In this document: one piece after another, positions 63,184 through 64,000 of the stretch
Layout: each line of letters begins with the position of its first letter
Numbering within the stretch: the first letter of the stretch is position 1
Virus record (IMG/VR): IMGVR_UViG_3300025640_001000
Source of the DNA: a virus
Lineage: Duplodnaviria > Caudoviricetes
Strand: one strand, 5' to 3'
DNA length: 64,000 nt
Notes under the pieces: model-generated
Told to the model about the DNA's origin: nothing
The model's input: only the letters and a program-made list of their open reading frames with translations
Database searches by the model: none
Program-made: the position numbers and the translations under genes

Positions 63184-64000
63184 ATGAGTTATTGCGAATG
63201 CCATGATGATTATGTAAATTCAGGAACATTTGATTTATCTAATGTTCGGGTTTATCGTGCGTTTCAAGTTTTTCATGAAGGTGGAAAGCAACCTATGCCT
63301 GGCCAAGACTCATCGACACCTATCATGGACAGATTCACGACATTCTATGCGGATGGCCAAGCAAGTGGTGCTTATCCTGCAATTGGTGCAGCTGTAGTAA
63401 CACTACCAGCAGACCCACCGGAAGAAGGAATTTGTGCAAATTATGACGAAGATGAAGCAGGAGTCTTATCATTGTCCGATTATCGTATTTTTCGTGCATT
63501 TCAAGTGTTCCATGAAGGTGGACGACAACCAATGCCAGGTCAAGACTCATCAACATCCATTATGGATAGATTTCTTGCATTTTACGCGGACGGCCAGGCA
63601 AGTGGTGCATATCCTGCAATCGGAGCAGACGTTAAGCACTTACCTATTCTTGAAGCAGATACTCAAGTAATTACCGATGAAGGTCTTGTTGACAAATGTG
63701 ATACGGGTGCAGTTTGTACTTGCAGTGCAGTTGTAGAAGATACTGTATTAAAAGTTGATTTTGATGCAAGTGAGTTGACAGGTGGAAACGGAGACATAAA
63801 AGGTGTGGAAATCGTATTTGATAATGTTGTATTCGGAGAAAAAACAGGATTATCAGGAGGTAACGCAATCATAAACGACAATTTTAAAGATACTAACGAT
63901 GCAGCTACTTTAGACTTTTATTATGATTATAGCATCCGTTCAACCTCAGTAAACGATATAGAAACAGAACCAAACAAAACAAAATCGGTAATTGGTTTCA
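63184..64000 (+). CDS. 3'-truncated paralog of the 47590 gene (missing from the ORF track): tandem dockerin-like repeat then a cohesin-like domain
   Basis: Translated by hand, open to the window end: MSYCECHDDYVNSG...YRAFQVF...CANYDEDEAGVLSLSDYRIFRAFQVF...VKHLPILEADTQVITDEGLVDKC...DIKGVEIVFDNV. Confidence 0.85.
   Translation, partial: MSYCECHDDYVNSGTFDLSNVRVYRAFQVFHEGGKQPMPGQDSSTPIMDRFTTFYADGQASGAYPAIGAAVVTLPADPPEEGICANYDEDEAGVLSLSDYRIFRAFQVFHEGGRQPMPGQDSSTSIMDRFLAFYADGQASGAYPAIGADVKHLPILEADTQVITDEGLVDKCDTGAVCTCSAVVEDTVLKVDFDASELTGGNGDIKGVEIVFDNVVFGEKTGLSGGNAIINDNFKDTNDAATLDFYYDYSIRSTSVNDIETEPNKTKSVIGF

Larger units (their letters stand above)
1..64000. other. Probable large dsDNA bacteriophage genome segment (structural/adhesin gene array with enzyme islands)
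   Basis: Dense co-oriented genes; TAATG/ATGA overlaps; SD-like GGAG/GGGG before several starts (31483, 59629, 17515); bacterial-type CCA enzyme; no housekeeping operons; domain content typical of aquatic phage virion proteins. No hallmark viral gene in the window. Confidence 0.75.

Noticed and set aside
238-63881. The many 60-140 aa antisense or alternate-frame ORFs in the track
   Set aside because: They lie inside long motif-bearing CDSs and are shadows of biased codon use (e.g. VGVGVG from PT repeats).
1-64000. Genome-wide TGA recoding
   Set aside because: TGA is a clear stop at 3168, 16239 (ATGA overlap), 31411 and 36850, and very long ORFs are intact under the standard code.
1-64000. 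Eukaryotic giant virus (NCLDV) origin
   Set aside because: SD-like sites, translational coupling and bacterial-type enzymes favour a phage. Not fully excluded without hallmark genes.

Overview
AT-rich fragment that looks like part of a large tailed-phage (jumbo/mega-phage-like) genome. It has 33 CDSs, 32 of them on the + strand, with overlapping stop/start codons and several Shine-Dalgarno-like sites. A TA[T/C]TTAT[A/G] motif recurs in 13 intergenic gaps. No hallmark capsid, terminase or polymerase gene is present, so the viral call is an inference. Most of the window is an array of about 24 large, Cys-rich genes with no evident signal peptides, built from a small shared set of modules joined by Pro/Thr/Ser linkers. 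Module A is an unnamed ~90-aa 'WYG-C...CG-x2-Y...IP' unit (16 copies in 15 genes, nearly always N-terminal). Module B is an unnamed ~100-aa 'CC...C...CYxG' unit (about 15 copies, often C-terminal). Dockerin-like and cohesin-like units also recur. Payload domains include LamG, DUF285/BspA, RCC1, cupredoxin-like, CBM5/12-like and Gly-rich domains. The overall design suggests a cellulosome-like, combinatorially shuffled virion-surface or adhesion system. Three enzyme islands are embedded: two sulfotransferase-family genes; a 2OG-Fe(II) dioxygenase coupled to a PLP enzyme that lacks the desulfurase Cys; and a block with a CCA-adding/HD enzyme, a DEDDh exonuclease and an unknown protein. The CCA enzyme and the unknown protein share an N-terminal 'IKLKDLLxE' leader, a candidate capsid-targeting signal. 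I saw no tRNA, rRNA, CRISPR array, integrase or reverse transcriptase. All domain calls come from reading motifs by eye; no searches were run.
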